Shown: positions 1 to 12,762 of the stretch, one piece after another
Layout: each line of letters begins with the position of its first letter
Position numbering within the stretch: the stretch's first letter is position 1
Origin: Tubulanus polymorphus
Taxonomy: Eukaryota; Animalia; Nemertea
DNA length: 64,000 bases
Direction: 5' to 3'
Assembly (NCBI RefSeq): GCF_964204645.1
Contig: NC_134033.1
Coordinates: 3,742,131 to 3,806,130, forward strand
The notes under the pieces: model-generated
Told to the model about the DNA's origin: nothing
Seen by the model: the letters and a program-made list of their open reading frames with translations, nothing else
The model's database searches: none
Position numbers and translations under genes: made by a program

Positions 1-249
1 ACCTGCGCACCGTGGCGTGGTTCGTGCCGTGGCTGAGGAGCTTCCGTAACTTTAATCTCGAATCATTTATTGAGCAATTAAGAACGGCTATTGACGTTGC
101 TTCATAAGGCACCACTACCTCTCTAGTCAACTCAAAAGCCCGATACGCTTTGTTAATAGTAACACAAATAGGGATTGACCCTGTTTTCTATTTGATTGGT
201 AGATTTTGTTTGATGTCTTGATTTGGTGTCCCTTACAAACCACACACCT

Positions 250-410
250 GGGCCACCTTCGGTTTTCTGAGTTAGTCGACTATAGTCAAACTAAACGAAA
301 CCGAATGTCCGATAGTCGGAACTATATTCCGGAAATAGTTCGAAAATCAAGCGCATTCGGTTATTAGTTCCGACCGCTAGTCGACTAGATGCGAAAACCG
401 AATTTGGCCC
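250..410. mobile_element. PIF/Harbinger-like MITE; a related partial copy lies at ~10557-10680
   Basis: TIR gggccaccttcggttttc / gaaaaccgaatttggccc. The same arm recurs in the ZRSR2/CDC123 spacer. Confidence 0.65.
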
Positions 411-727
411 CTGCTGCGAGCGAGAGGAGGTTTGATTTCGAAATCTTACTTCACTATTAACCAATCAGCCGCGCTGATCCGGTCTAGTCTAGTGCAGGGT
501 TTCGTACGGTGGCGAGTCTCAAAGCCATCAGGTTCGAATCCCTGATAAACAGGAGGATGTACTCGCGGACGCTTGCTGAAATACCTAGATATACCATATT
601 TCACACGGGAAATCCACACACGCAACAAATATTCAACCATAACTTTTTAATTCGAATCTGAATGAAAACGTTTACAAAAATATTTCAAACTCTTTCACGA
701 GTTACCTCACACGTGTCTTCACACGTG

Positions 728-3700
728 TCACTCACACGAAGATCTCTTCGATTTTTTATGATGTTTATGAGAGGATTTTTTCTTTTTATGTTTTTTATGC
801 TTCGAACGCGATTTTCGTCGCTCTTCACTCTCCTCCGGCTCCTGTGGCTGCTCTTCCTCCTCCTCGGAGCAAGGCGACCGAGGCCGTTTCGATGTCTCCT
901 CCGCGGGCGGCTCCGACCGGACGATATCTCGGTCCGACGCGCGTTCCGGAGACGGAGTATCCGACCGAACGATGATCGGAGGAGTTTTACAAACGCTGAG
1001 TTCGAATCCGTTTTCATCGGGATCGGGAATTTCTAATCCAGCGCTCTGATCTGGAGCGGTTATCGACCCACTCTGATGATCTGGAGGGGTAGTCGATCCA
1101 CTCCGATCTGAAGCGGTTATCGACCCAGTCTGATGATCTGGAGGGGTAGTCGATCCACTCCGATCTGAAGCGGTTATCGACCCAGTCTGATGATCTGGAG
1201 GGGTAGTCGATCCACTTCGATCTGGAGCGGTTATCGACCCACTCTGATGATCTGGAGGGGTAGTCGACCCACTCCGATCTGGAGCGGTTATAGACCCACT
1301 CTGATGATCTGGAGGGGAAGTCGATCCACTCCGATCTGGAGCGGTTATCGACGCACCCTGATGATCTGGAGGGGTAGCCGACCCACTCCAATCAGGAGGG
1401 GTAATTGATCCAATCTGAATGTCAAACTCCGACGATTTCGCACGTTGCGGAGCGGTGTTTAATCCATTCTCTTCGGCGGACGATTTCAATCCATTTTCCT
1501 TTCGATCCCAATTAGTTTTCGATCCAGTTTCAACCGAACGAGTTTCTGAACTGCGCGAGGTTTGTACGCGAGAGTTTTTCGACGACGCAGACGGACTCTC
1601 GTCGCATTTTTTCGACCGACGATCTGGCGAGCATTCTCTCGTCGTCGTCGTCGTCGATCGTTTCGTCGACGGACTTCTCGACCGCGATCTACGCCTCGAT
1701 CGCCTCGAGGGTGATCGCGAACGACGTCTGCTAGATGAGCAAGATGGTGATCGTCTGCTCGGTGACCGAGACCGTCTGCTCCGAGACGGAGAGCGTCTGC
1801 TCGGTGATGGAGACCGTCTGCTCCGATACGGAGACCGTCTGCTCGGTGATGGAGACCGTCTGCTCCGAGACGGAGAGCGTCTGCTCGGTGATGGAGACCG
1901 TCTGCTCCGAGACGGAGACCGTCTGCTCGGTGATGGAGATCGTCTGCTCCGAGACGGAGAGCGTCTGTTCGGTGATGGAGATCGTCTGCTCCTAATAGGA
2001 CTCCGTTTCCTGCGCGACGGTGACCGACTCCTCGACCGCCGCGACGACCGATAACTCGACCGTTCTCGCGACCTCGACCGCGAACGGCGGCTGCTGCGAT
2101 AATATGATCGGTCGCTGTTGTAACCCGACGGTCGAGTTCTGTCCGTTAGTCTGAATTCGTCGGTGGGATCGCGAAACACGTGCAGGAAATTGCAGTTCTT
2201 TCCTTTCGGACACTTTTTTCGGAAGTACAACCCTAAAACAAATGCATCAACCAATTGATATGGGGTCTATTTAAACTTTTGAGGACTACTTAAAGTTTCA
2301 GAATTTTCTCAATTACAGTTAAACTCAAGACCAAGTAGAGCAGTTGTGGCTTATGGCCGAAAGTAGTCTTCAATCTTTAGACTGGTCTTAAGTTGTTAGA
2401 TAAGCTATAGAACCAAAATGAGCTTAGACTGGTCTTAAGTTGTTAGATTGGTTATAGAACCATAATGAGCTTAAACTATTCTTTGGCTAAAGAATTAAGA
2501 TGGTCTTTTAGACTGGTATTAAGTTTTAAGCCATGACTGTGTAACTAGCCTCGAGTACCAGTCAAAGCTTGATAAATCCAAGACCAGTCTAGTTCTACAG
2601 CCATTCTAAAAACTCATGACCACTCTCGACATTCAAGAGACCATTTTTGGACTGAAGTTACGAAAGCGTGTCCAGATTTTAATTCCAATTCGATGGTATT
2701 GGCATTTTTTAAAGATCTTTTTCTCATTTTAATCGTGATGGCTTGGAAACTGGTTGAATAGATCATAATTTTAAAAACTTTTGAAAAACTTCTTTTTTTT
2801 CGTCTCGAACACGTACCACAAATAGCAGATCTCCAGTTACTGACAGGTGACAGTTGACAGCTAATCTGACGTCCTCCGTACCAACGTCCGTTGAACATCG
2901 CGAACACTTTCATCGTTTCCAGTTGACTGAAAAAAAAATGAAATTCGCAACGTTCGGATTTGATCATTCGACAGCGGAAAATCAATTCCTCGTAACTTTT
3001 AACAGAGCCGTGTTAACCAGGTTTCAAATCAATAAAACATAAATACTGATACATGTATTACTTAAGAGTTACTTAGATTAACCCTTTCATTGCTGACTAG
3101 TTATTACCTAAAATGCTGGAAAAACTTTGAAATTTTTTTAGAAATTCCACCTCAGTGTATTGTACGACGGACATTTCCAATTGCTAGTGGTCAGACATTA
3201 GACATTTTATCAGCACACTTTCAAAAACTGATCGTCCACACTTCACATGTGTTCAGTGCTTCGCCTGAGACATTTTCAATTGAAAATGAACTGCAAACAC
3301 CAGACTTAAACATTTTGTCAGCGCACTTTCAAAAACTGATCGTCCACACTTCACATGTTCAGTGCTTCACCTGAGACATTTATAATTGAAAACGAACTAC
3401 AAACATCAGGCATTAGACATTTTATCAGCACACTTTCAAAAACTGATCGTCCACACTTCACATGTGTTCAGTGCTTCGCCTGAGACATTTTCAATTGAAA
3501 ATGAACTACAAACACCAGACATTAGACATTTTATCAGCACACTTTCAAAAACTGATCGTCCACACTTCACATGTGTTCAGTGCTTCACCTGAGACATTTT
3601 CAATTGAAAATGAACTACTAACATTAGACATTTTATCAGCACACTTTCAAAAGCTGATCGTCCACACTTCACACAGCTACAGTGGAAGGGGTTCCGGACT

Positions 3701-6700
3701 GCAAGATTTGTCAAAAACCTGTGATATTTGGCTCGGTTTTTCCGAAAAAGTTTTTAATTACATGTACTTACTTGGACATCTGTATGTAAACGTTTCCTCG
3801 TAGATGTGACTCGTAATTACGACACACTTTAAACTGTAATATTCGACCGTGTTTACGAATTTCGGGCAAAACGTCGTTATAGAAATCGACGAAGTGTTTA
3901 TAGGTGTCGCTGTCTTCATATTCTAAGTCAATATCTGAAAATTTTATGATAGAATTTTACGTTAAAATTACTTTAAGAGTTTACAATTTACATCTAAGCA
4001 ACTGGAGAAATAAATCCCAAAATTAAACCCACATGACTGTAGGAATGGGTTCAGTCAAATTAAACCTACACAACTGTGGAACTGGATCCAGAGTCAAATT
4101 ACACCCACACAACTGTGTAACTGGATCCAGAGTCAAATCAAAACCACACAACTGTGCAACAGGGTTTAAGACTACTGTGGAACTGGGTCCTGAGTCAAAT
4201 TAAACCACACAATGTGGAACTGGATCCAGAGTCAAATTAAACCAACACAACTGTGGAACTGGTTCCAGAGTCAAATTAAACCAACACAACTGTGGAACTG
4301 GATCCAGAGTCAAATCAAACCAACACAACTGTGGAACTGGATCCAGAGTCAAATTAAACCCACACAACTGTGTAACTGGATCCAGAGTCAAATTAAAACC
4401 ATACAACTGTGGAACAGGGTTTAAGACTACTGTTCAACTGGGTCCCAAGTCAAATTAAAACCACACGACTGTAGAACTGGATCCAGAGTCAAATTAAACC
4501 AACACAACTGTGCAACTGGATTCGCAGTCAAATTAAACCCACACAACTGCAGAGTCCGATTGCCCGGGTTAAGGTTATCATTATCACTTGTCCACCGGGC
4601 TGGTATATTTTCATGTCTCAAAGCTTTTTTACCGGTACCAATCGATACAATGGATGAACTGCCTGTGTAGGGCAAGTTGACATTATTCCTTAGATCGGAC
4701 CCTGCAACTGTTGAACTGGATTTAGCACGTACCTGTATCATATTCATCTCGTAATGCTTGATCGAGACTGAAGTGCGAATACATGTTCGGGAACAGAATC
4801 GTGCAGCTGTCTTCAGGCGTGATGTGGGCTCGAGAACAACTGTAAGAAATAATCAATTACAACATTCCATAATCCGAATATCAGCCGAGGTGTCGGTCAG
4901 GGGATAGTAGCTTAAAATTCGGTTAAAAGCTAAACAGTGGATTGTTGCCAGGTTCATAGTGTCAATGACCAATCTATTTTAATGACTTTCAAGGACTTTT
5001 TTTACTCCGATTACACAAGTTATATCTACATACTTAAGCCAGGAATCCTGAAATCCATTTTCCAAGCATTCTTATAATCAGTTGATTTTAAGCGCCGTTA
5101 CAGTGAACTTGTACCTTCGTTCTGCAGATGATAACCAACGACCGATGCCATACAAGGACCATGACAGTGTTTTAAGCTTTTTAGAGCCAATTCCATGATA
5201 ACCAAGGCTTCGAATAGACCCGTTCCCATTTCAAAACTTTTAAGAAACTCCGATGAATGCCATGAACCCTGTGTACTATTTAGAGTCCATCGTTTCTTTG
5301 TAACTCTAAATCTTTCTGGCTTTATTTTCCCTGTCAACTTACTGATTGCGAAACCGACACGCTCCCGTTTTCATGAAGAACGGACACTGAACGATGTCTT
5401 TGTCGTAGGTGACCGGCGCTAATGGGTTGTGCCAACTTCCCGTCGATGAACCGTCATCTTGAACATCCTCCTGACAAAACAGTATTTAGATTGTGGTTGA
5501 AAAAATGGAATTGGAATCGTCAAAAGTTCAGAGAGTGGAGTGGAGTCTACTGTACCATCCAACTCAGATATCACTCTCAGGTCAAAAGATCCGACTTGAG
5601 CGGAAGTCTACTGTATCATCCAACTCAGATATCACGCGCAAGTCAAAAGATCAGATTTGAGCGGAGATTTTTAGCTTTTTTACAAAATTCTCTAACTATT
5701 CCCTGACTTTCTTTAAAGAAAAGAGATTTCTTGGACTTTTCCCTGATGGTAGTGGCCACCCTCAGTCCATGTGACTGTAGAAATGAATAGGTATCAAATT
5801 GATCTAATTTTTCTTACCGGTTTTGCATTTTTAGTCGCTTCTCGCAGCAAAGCCTCCTGTATATAGTAAATACACAACACATCTGATCAAAAAACAATTC
5901 TAACCAAAGAGAAAATCATCAGTTAAGTCAAACAAAAACAACCATTTCAAAACGAAACCTGAAATGGGCGAGGGGAATTTTACAGAATGGAACTTGAGCT
6001 AGTCAATGGGATTCCGGCTATGCCACCAGATGGCGACAGTAACAGACAGTTGCCAAAATTGGCCCAATTTCAATCAACTTTGGATTATCAAATGCCAAAG
6101 AGAAAAGTTAATTCGATTTTAATCAAAATGTAGATATGAAGGTGCAGAAGACTAACTACTAGCGACACCTGGTGGATCCTCACTTGCCACAAGCAGAATC
6201 CTATATAGCTGCAGTAGTTAATGTCCTACTGCACACTAGCGACACCTGGTGGATCCTCACTTGCCGCAAGTGGAATCCTCTATTGCTGCAGTAGTTAATG
6301 TCCTACTGCACACTAGTGACATCTGGTGGATCCACATATAGAATCCTCGATTGCCGAAGTAGCATTGCCCGTACCGCATTCTAGCGTCAATTTCGACTTT
6401 TGACAAAAATCACTTAAATTAGCAATTAAATAGTTGAATCGAGCCAAAGTTAAAATTACTCAAAATAACACTACAAACAAATCACTGGTAAATTTTGATT
6501 TTTCTTCATTATTATAAAAGATACAGTTTCGACACCAGTCCCCTGTGTGCGTGTGTGCCAGTGTACTCGCACACCTGTGAGAGTGCTGGGTCGGGCCGAG
6601 TTCACCCGAATAATGTGAAAAAATGTTAAGGAATTCGAATTCATTTCATTCAACTGCGCTATCATCCGGGATCCAGCCCCAGTGTTGTGAGTAAGAGTTA

Positions 6701-9700
6701 ACTCCCAGTTAAAATCAGTTCATTTTCAATGCGTCAAATCTTGCATCGAATCCGAAATGTGATCCAGGAACCAGTTCCAGTCACTCAAGATTAAAGAAGC
6801 ATCGTGAAATGAACTTATTCTGGCTCTAATTCGAGTCAAACCGAACCCACAACTGCGGACCCGTTATCCCACTTGGATCATCCTCCCCGCGCCAGGGATT
6901 TGAACCTGAAATGGCATCGAGACTGGCCACGGTACGAAAGCCGGCCACACTAGACCTAGCGCGCAGCTACGCGCGCAGCTTAGATGACGTCATTATTAGC
7001 CAATCAGAAATGTTCAGTTTTGTTCTACTCTCACCCGGGTTTTCCATTTGTACTTTAGCAGTTAAATTCGCCTCAGCGATTATACGAGCAATCCGATCGG
7101 CGCCGCAAGTTTGCGCGCGACAAAGCTGCGCACGTACCTGCGCACTCGGTCTAGTGTGGCAGGGGTTCGTGCCGTGGCTGAGTGAAGCGATGCCATCAGG
7201 TTCGAGTCCCTGCCGAGGGAGGTCGACTTTGACCCAGCAGTTATTCTGATAAACCGGATCAAGCACGTGACATAACGTATTCTATTTTCATTATATAATG
7301 GATATCTTCTGCGTTCGACGGCGAGTCTCGTTGTCGTCACCTGTTTTTCTTTCAGCTCTTTCTCTTCGCGTTCTTCGCGTAGTTTCTCCTCTCGTTCGAG
7401 TTGCTGCTGTTTTTCCCATTCCTCTTTGATTCGTCGCTTTGAAAAGAGAGCGAGAGAGAGAAAATGATAACTATTTGACAACAAGCTTTAAACCCTTTCA
7501 GTGCGTCTACACCACAGTGCGGTGTATAAATCGGTGATAGATTTTGCTAGTACACCGCACTGCGGTGTATTGAGATGTAATTAGTAATTATCTCTATTGA
7601 AAAATGGCAGCAACTGTCAAACATGGTGAAATACTAGTAACTAACGATACACTGCGCCGTGGTGTAGACGCACTGCAGTGGTATTCCCGTTATCCAACAC
7701 ACTAGGGTGGAATTTTTTAAAATTTTCAAATTACATCCAGCACTATAGGTTTTAATTAGTCAGCACTGAAAGGGTTAAATACGCGTGCGATCGTGGCTTC
7801 AATACCGAGCTTTTCAGAGCTTGCGGCGCGGAAAAAGTAGAATTGTTTTCTTTTTAGCGAATCGCGCTCGAGATAGACATCGTAAAGCCTACTGCTCATG
7901 ACACAGGAAAACACAGAAATAGGAGACAGAAACTTCTTTCCGAGCATTTACGAAACAAGCGATATGGTTTCGATGTAAACGTTTCCGCGATCAAATCAGA
8001 ATTTAGAAAAGCAGCGCCGAGAAGACTCGCTACAAAGCAGGGCCGAGTTTCACAAAAAGGTTAAACTCTTAACCCGATTCAATTTCTTTGTTTTAAAAAT
8101 TCAGTTTATCTTAAATTGATTTAGGCGTAAATCCTTTTCGTGAAACTGGCCCCAGGGGTCCAACTAGTGAATTTTGCTTGCTGCAAACTGGGGGCCTAAG
8201 TAACTAACCGCGCGCCCTGCGTGGCGGAACTTACTTCTTGTTCTTCGCGGTTTTTCCGTTCGATTTCGTCGCGTTCTTTCTTGCGTTTCCACTCGATATG
8301 CGCCAGTTTCTCGCGTAGCATCCACTGTTCGTTCTCGAATTTACTGTAAAAAAACGCAACGAATCTCGGGAATTAAGAACAATCGAAATCTAATCATTCC
8401 GGCATAGGCAATTTTCCGATTCATCTATTTTCCATTTCGTCAATGGCAGTAAGAGGCTTTTTCTCATTTATTGATCTTTTTTTTCTCTTTTTGGCAGAAA
8501 ATTGAAAAATAATAATAATAATAATAATTATTATTATTATTATTACTATTATTGTTATAATCATTATCATTATTATCATTATCATTAATCCTTTTTTTCA
8601 AGGGGCCTGAACGTCCTAGTGTTTGTACAGCCTTTAAGGCTCTGATCAGGACCCTATCATCACTCCTACTACGTTCGTTGTGCATTTCATTTGTGATTAT
8701 GTTAAATTGATGATGAAATAAATTACATTACACTACATCTAATCCGCGAAAACTCTACGAAACGACGAGGGACGAAAAGTGAATCTTATTCGGCGTTCGT
8801 TTGATAAAACTTGCCGAATCATGGGTTAGATTTATGACTATCTAAGTTCCGTAGCCAATCGAACGACTAAGGGCCACAGACCTAAACATTTTTAAAACAT
8901 TTTTGGACTTCGGTCATGACAGAGCGCAACCGGGAGTCTAAAAATCAGGTTCAAAGTAAAACTGACAGGCAGCCATGTCATCTGAGTGCTGGCGTAGTTA
9001 GTTACCAGAGGCCAGTTGCTCAAAAGTTGGTTAAAGATAACCGGCCGTTAAATACCATAGTAACAATGAAATTCTAATTGTCACCATATCAACTATCCAC
9101 TGGTTAACTCTAACAAACTTTTGAGCAACCGGCCCCAAATCGTTGGTGGTAAGCTTTTATAATCGGACAGATTTATACTTATTGTGTTTTAAGAAAACTT
9201 CCGATTGTGAAACAAAACTGCAGACAGATTACCGATTTTCGCTGGTGGTGTAGCTATATAAAATATACCTGATTTGATCTTGTTTGAAAGCCTCGTCTTT
9301 TTGTTGTCGTTCAAGCCGCGCCTCGTAATATTGAACGCTGGGCTCGTTTTCCATTTTGGCGTCTGCGAGAAAAACCAACCACCATAAAACGGAGTAAATA
9401 TTAACTGAAATTTATAGATCCTGGACAAGAACAATGTTTAACGCTTAAATTGATTTTTTTTTGTTCAGTTTATCTTGAATTATTCGAATTAGGACTTCTG
9501 GACCCAAGATCCAGTTCCGTACAAAATGAATGTTTTAAGCGCTGATCAATTTTTACCCAAAGATGCTTATGAGTATGATTTGAAAATTTTTGGAAAATTT
9601 CATCCCCTGTGCGTTATCACTATACTGCGTCTACCCCAGAGTGCGATGTATATCAATATACCGCCCGGCAGTGCGGAGTATAATGGCATATCACTATAGT

Positions 9701-10407
9701 GCCTCTACACAACAGTGCCGTGTAGTATAATGAGTATACTGCGTTTACCCCACAGTGCAGTGTATAACAAGTATATTGCATCTCATCCCGCAGTGCGATG
9801 TATTGTAAAATACTAGTATTTGACAAGTGCTGCCATCTATAACAGAGATTTTAACTATTAGAAATGATACACTGCGGTGCCATGTATTAGCAGTCTCTCT
9901 TCTTGTAGGCCCCTACACTGCGCTGAAGGGGTTAAACCCAAATTTTCAAACTTAACCGTTTTAAACTTTTTTTTATTGAACTGAACATAGCACCAACTGT
10001 GGTGGGCCTATGATTTATAATTAAGATGTCGATTTCAAGGATATTCACCCAACGCGTCTCTTATTTTCGCCTCTCGCTGCCGGCGTATTCGGCGTTTTTC
10101 TCTTTTCAACAAAGCCCTCCATTTCTTGTGGCTGAAATTAAGACATAAGTGAGGGGAGGGGTTTAGAGGAAAGTACGATAAAGTAGCCATGCGTGGATGT
10201 AACTCAGAGAGCATCAATCATTCTTCATTCAGAACGAATAAAGATTGAGTATCTTATTGACATTTTATTGTCCTGAAAATTCAATAATTACCTGAGTTTT
10301 TGAGTTGTTTTTAGATTCACCGCAAGTTTTTCGATGAATTTTCCGCCTCTGATATTATTCCTGTCACCCGGCTCGTCATGCCCGTGTTGTATCGCGTTAT
10401 CTGTCAT
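728..10407 (-). CDS. ZRSR2: U2AF35-related splicing factor ZRSR2/URP, 11 coding exons, ~849 aa
   Basis: Exons assembled by hand: 10407-10292, 10131-10049, 9362-9269, 8343-8235, 7436-7341, 5856-5818, 5470-5343, 4839-4733, 3934-3772, 2926-2817, 2232-728. All GT-AG, phases consistent, 2550 nt total. Motifs: SHKKWRALLKREKRR; CCCH finger CPFFMKTGACRFRNHCSRAH; UHM FYNDVLPE..FKVCRNYESHLRGNVY..FNGRWYGGRQ; second finger CPKGKNCNFLH; RS tail. Confidence 0.95.
1045..1412 (-). repeat. Coding 57-bp tandem repeat (~6 x 19 aa, GSTTPPDHQSGSITAPDRS) in ZRSR2 last exon
   Basis: Visible in the DNA (gatgatctggaggggtagtcga...) and in ORF 728..2254. Confidence 0.9.
1745..1992 (-). repeat. Coding 21/42-bp repeat encoding (SRRSPSP/SRRSPSR)n RS domain
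   Basis: gtctgctcggtgatggagaccgtctgctccgagacggaga repeated in frame in ZRSR2. Confidence 0.9.
3190..3673. repeat. ~109-bp tandem satellite in a ZRSR2 intron; same family at 35603-36160
   Basis: Unit cagacattagacattttatcagcacactttcaaaaactgatcgtccacacttcacatgtg..., ~4.5 copies. Confidence 0.9.
4020..4550. repeat. 39-bp minisatellite (cacaactgtggaactggatccagagtcaaattaaaccca); same family at 47400-47860
   Basis: Direct tandem periodicity; source of the spurious FNLTLDPV ORFs. Confidence 0.9.
6159..6335. repeat. 77-bp tandem repeat containing a CTCF-like motif
   Basis: ctagcgacacctggtggatcc at 6159 and 6236, variant at ~6313. Confidence 0.75.
6879..7226. mobile_element. ~340-bp inverted-repeat element with tRNA-like A/B boxes (family also at 1-40, ~445-560, 29770-30103, 51554-51890)
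   Basis: Ends catcctc..gggatttgaacc / ggttcgagtccctgccg..ggagg; shared internal sequence across copies. Confidence 0.8.
7493..7774. mobile_element. piggyBac-like MITE
   Basis: TIR ccctttcagtgc / gcactgaaaggg followed by TTAA. Same family at 36456-36741 and 39504-39795; related pieces at ~3082-3190 and ~9600-9935. Confidence 0.8.
8040..8152. mobile_element. Short PIF/Harbinger-like MITE
   Basis: gggccgagtttcacaaaaagg ... ccttttcgtgaaactggccc. Similar GGGCC-ended MITEs at ~9009-9136 and ~39009-39166. Confidence 0.6.
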
Positions 10408-10844
10408 TATTTACCGCATTTTCGATCGCAAAATAAATTTCTATGATCAATTCAATTCAATGCGCTTCCGACCCGAAATGTACAATGTCGACGGAAAGAA
10501 GGCTCAAACAAAATCAACGCAAATATTCTATATTGAAGCTAAAAGGTCGATTGCAAGGGCCAAATTCGGTTTTCGTATCTAGACGGCTGTTGGTCAGTAC
10601 TGATAACCGAATGCGCTTGATTTTCAGACTATTTGCGGAATATAGTTCCGACTAATGGACATTCGGTTTCGTTTTGAATGGGACAGGCAACAAGTCTATA
10701 AAATGAAGTTGAAATATATCCTTCTTACCGAATTTCTCATTCCTCAAGGTCGTCGAGCAGTTCCACTCCAAAAGCGGCCGATTCTTGCATCATCGGCCTT
10801 TTAATCGCTACGGGACGGGCCGAATTTAGTTTTTAATCGCCAGA
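10408..10844. promoter_or_regulatory. Putative bidirectional promoter for ZRSR2 and CDC123
   Basis: Only 437 bp separate the divergent start codons. Confidence 0.7.
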
Positions 10845-11870
10845 ATGAAAGTCGAACAAGTGAAGAATTGTATTTTCTCCGAGTGGTACCAGACGTTTTC
10901 GGCGGTGACCGTAAAAAGCGTCGCCATTCCCCTGCCCCAGGACGTGGTGCGTTACCTGCTGGCGGACGGCATCGTTCTGCCCGAGGGCTCCGACCACGGC
11001 TGCTGCAACAACAACAAAAACTGCCATTCAGATTCAGACGACGATGAAATAAATTGGGACAACAACGCGACGAGCGGCCGCACGGCGCTCGTTCCGAAAT
11101 TCAGCCCCGAATTCGAAAACCGGGTCGAATCGGCGCTGAAAAAACTCGGCGGCGCCGTCTTCCCGAAACTGAACTGGAGCGCGCCGAAAGACGCTGCCTG
11201 GGTCGCTACTGGTAACACGCTGCAATGCCGGTCGCTCGGCGATATTTTGCTATTGTTGAAATCGTCGGATTTCGTCGCGCACGATCTGACCGTTCCGTTC
11301 GAGCGCTGCACTGACATCGGCGAGGACCTGAACGACGACCGGACCGCGGCCCGATACGAACTCGTGTTGCGTAAATGGACAACAATCGCGCAGTCGTCCG
11401 AATTCCGATGTTTCGTCAAAAATGGGAAAATAATCGCGATTTCGCAGCGTTACTTCGCGGTCTATTTTCCGTTTTTGCTCGCCGACAAAACGCGCATCGT
11501 TGACGATATCGTGAAATTCCACCGGGCGGCGATCGGCGGTCGTTTCCGCGACGACGCGTACGCGATGGACGTTTATCGCCGCGACGACGGCTCGGTGCGT
11601 CTGCTCGATTTCAACCCATTCGGCGAAACGACCGATTCGTTGTTGTTCGACTGGACGGAGCTTCGCGAATCGGACGCGGACTCGGAACCGGAATTCCGGT
11701 GCGTCGAACGCGAGAGCGGCGTCCAACCGAACGAGTTTCACCCGTACGCCGTGCCGAAGGATTTCGTCGATTTGTCGCGCGGCGAGGACCCGTTTAAATT
11801 GATGGATTTGATGAAATTGCGCGAGGCGTCTGCCGAGGCGTCCGATAGTTCGTCCGACGAAGAAGAATGA
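10845..11870 (+). CDS. CDC123: Cell division cycle protein 123 (D123 family ATP-grasp, eIF2 assembly factor), coding region intronless
   Basis: 341 aa; CIFSEWY, YLLADGIVLP, VFPKLNWSAPKDAAW, LLLKSSDFVAHDL, LVLRKW, EFRCFVK..IAISQR, LDFNPF..TDSLLFDW; AATAAA at ~11913. Confidence 0.97.
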   Translation: MKVEQVKNCIFSEWYQTFSAVTVKSVAIPLPQDVVRYLLADGIVLPEGSDHGCCNNNKNCHSDSDDDEINWDNNATSGRTALVPKFSPEFENRVESALKKLGGAVFPKLNWSAPKDAAWVATGNTLQCRSLGDILLLLKSSDFVAHDLTVPFERCTDIGEDLNDDRTAARYELVLRKWTTIAQSSEFRCFVKNGKIIAISQRYFAVYFPFLLADKTRIVDDIVKFHRAAIGGRFRDDAYAMDVYRRDDGSVRLLDFNPFGETTDSLLFDWTELRESDADSEPEFRCVERESGVQPNEFHPYAVPKDFVDLSRGEDPFKLMDLMKLREASAEASDSSSDEEE

Positions 11871-12762
11871 TACAAAATTCCGACTTACGATTGAAAATAT
11901 TCGTTTATTTTGAATAAAATATCGCGGTATTGTTTTAAAAAGGTTGATTTCGTAGCAATTTTTTTTAAATTTGGGGCCTGGTTTCATAGTTCTGATTCTA
12001 ACCCGTACTTTTTGGCAAGGCCATGTTATCGATCTCCCTGTTAGGCCGAGGTCATAATCTTGATGCCTAAACAAAAATTAGACGGGCAAGATAAAATTAA
12101 AAAGGCGCAAGCCGTATCGTGAACTTGTCCATCAGGGATGCCAGTCTGAATACAGTCGTCGTTACCGGTTGTTTGTGGAACGGCGACTATATACTAGACT
12201 AGGATGCCAGTCTGCTTTTCAGAGAGCTACTTCTTCAAACATTTTGAATAGTTTCACATGAAGTTCTGGTCCTATTTAACAGTTTTTAATCCTGTGGTTT
12301 TATATTACTTTTTTTATTATTCCGGCCAGAATAAATCGCATTTTTAAATTTTGCCGTCATAGACGTTGTTCTAAGTGCACTAAAACTAAAAGTAACCAAA
12401 AATGCAGGGTAATTCATCTTAAAGCTTAATCTAAATTTATCAGACGATTTCTTGATCTTAAATGATATCGGTTAATATCGAATGGAATTCAGTTAATTTT
12501 TGTTCAATCTATTTTAAATTGGATTGCATTTGTTAGCGTGTACCGTTCGGTGCTGCCATCTTTGTTTACTATCTTTTCCGGGTTTCCTGGGTTTCCCCCA
12601 CAGTTTGACAGTTCGAAGTATGGGGAAATTTTATAGATTGTAGAGACGATGAGTAGGTCATTTACGACTAGTAGTAGACCTGTAGGGGTAACCCGAGCGG
12701 GCCGAGGACGAGGGGCAGGTACTATTGAGACAAAAAAACCAGCAAATCGTCAAAATAGAACG

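Noticed and set aside
662-2213. Overlapping and antisense ORFs (662..1036, 1014..1391, 1419..2054 etc.)
   Set aside because: Shadows of the repetitive ZRSR2 last exon.
3190-4550. Regular arrays as possible CRISPR (also 31780-32290, 35603-36160, 46769-47105)
   Set aside because: Head-to-tail units without unique spacers, no cas genes, eukaryotic context.
6911-7266. MASRLATVR-type ORFs recurring at 29751-30197 and 51741-51986
   Set aside because: Chance frames within the non-coding inverted-repeat element; not maintained between copies.
2233-10291. U12-type introns in ZRSR2 (autoregulation idea)
   Set aside because: All ten donors are ordinary GT U2-type; no GTATCCTT or ATATCCTT 5' site.
10833-12074. 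Antisense ORFs 11250..12074 and 10952..11419; similar ones over the LRR exon (42769-43989)
   Set aside because: Expected from GC-rich codon bias of the real sense-strand genes; no recognisable motifs.
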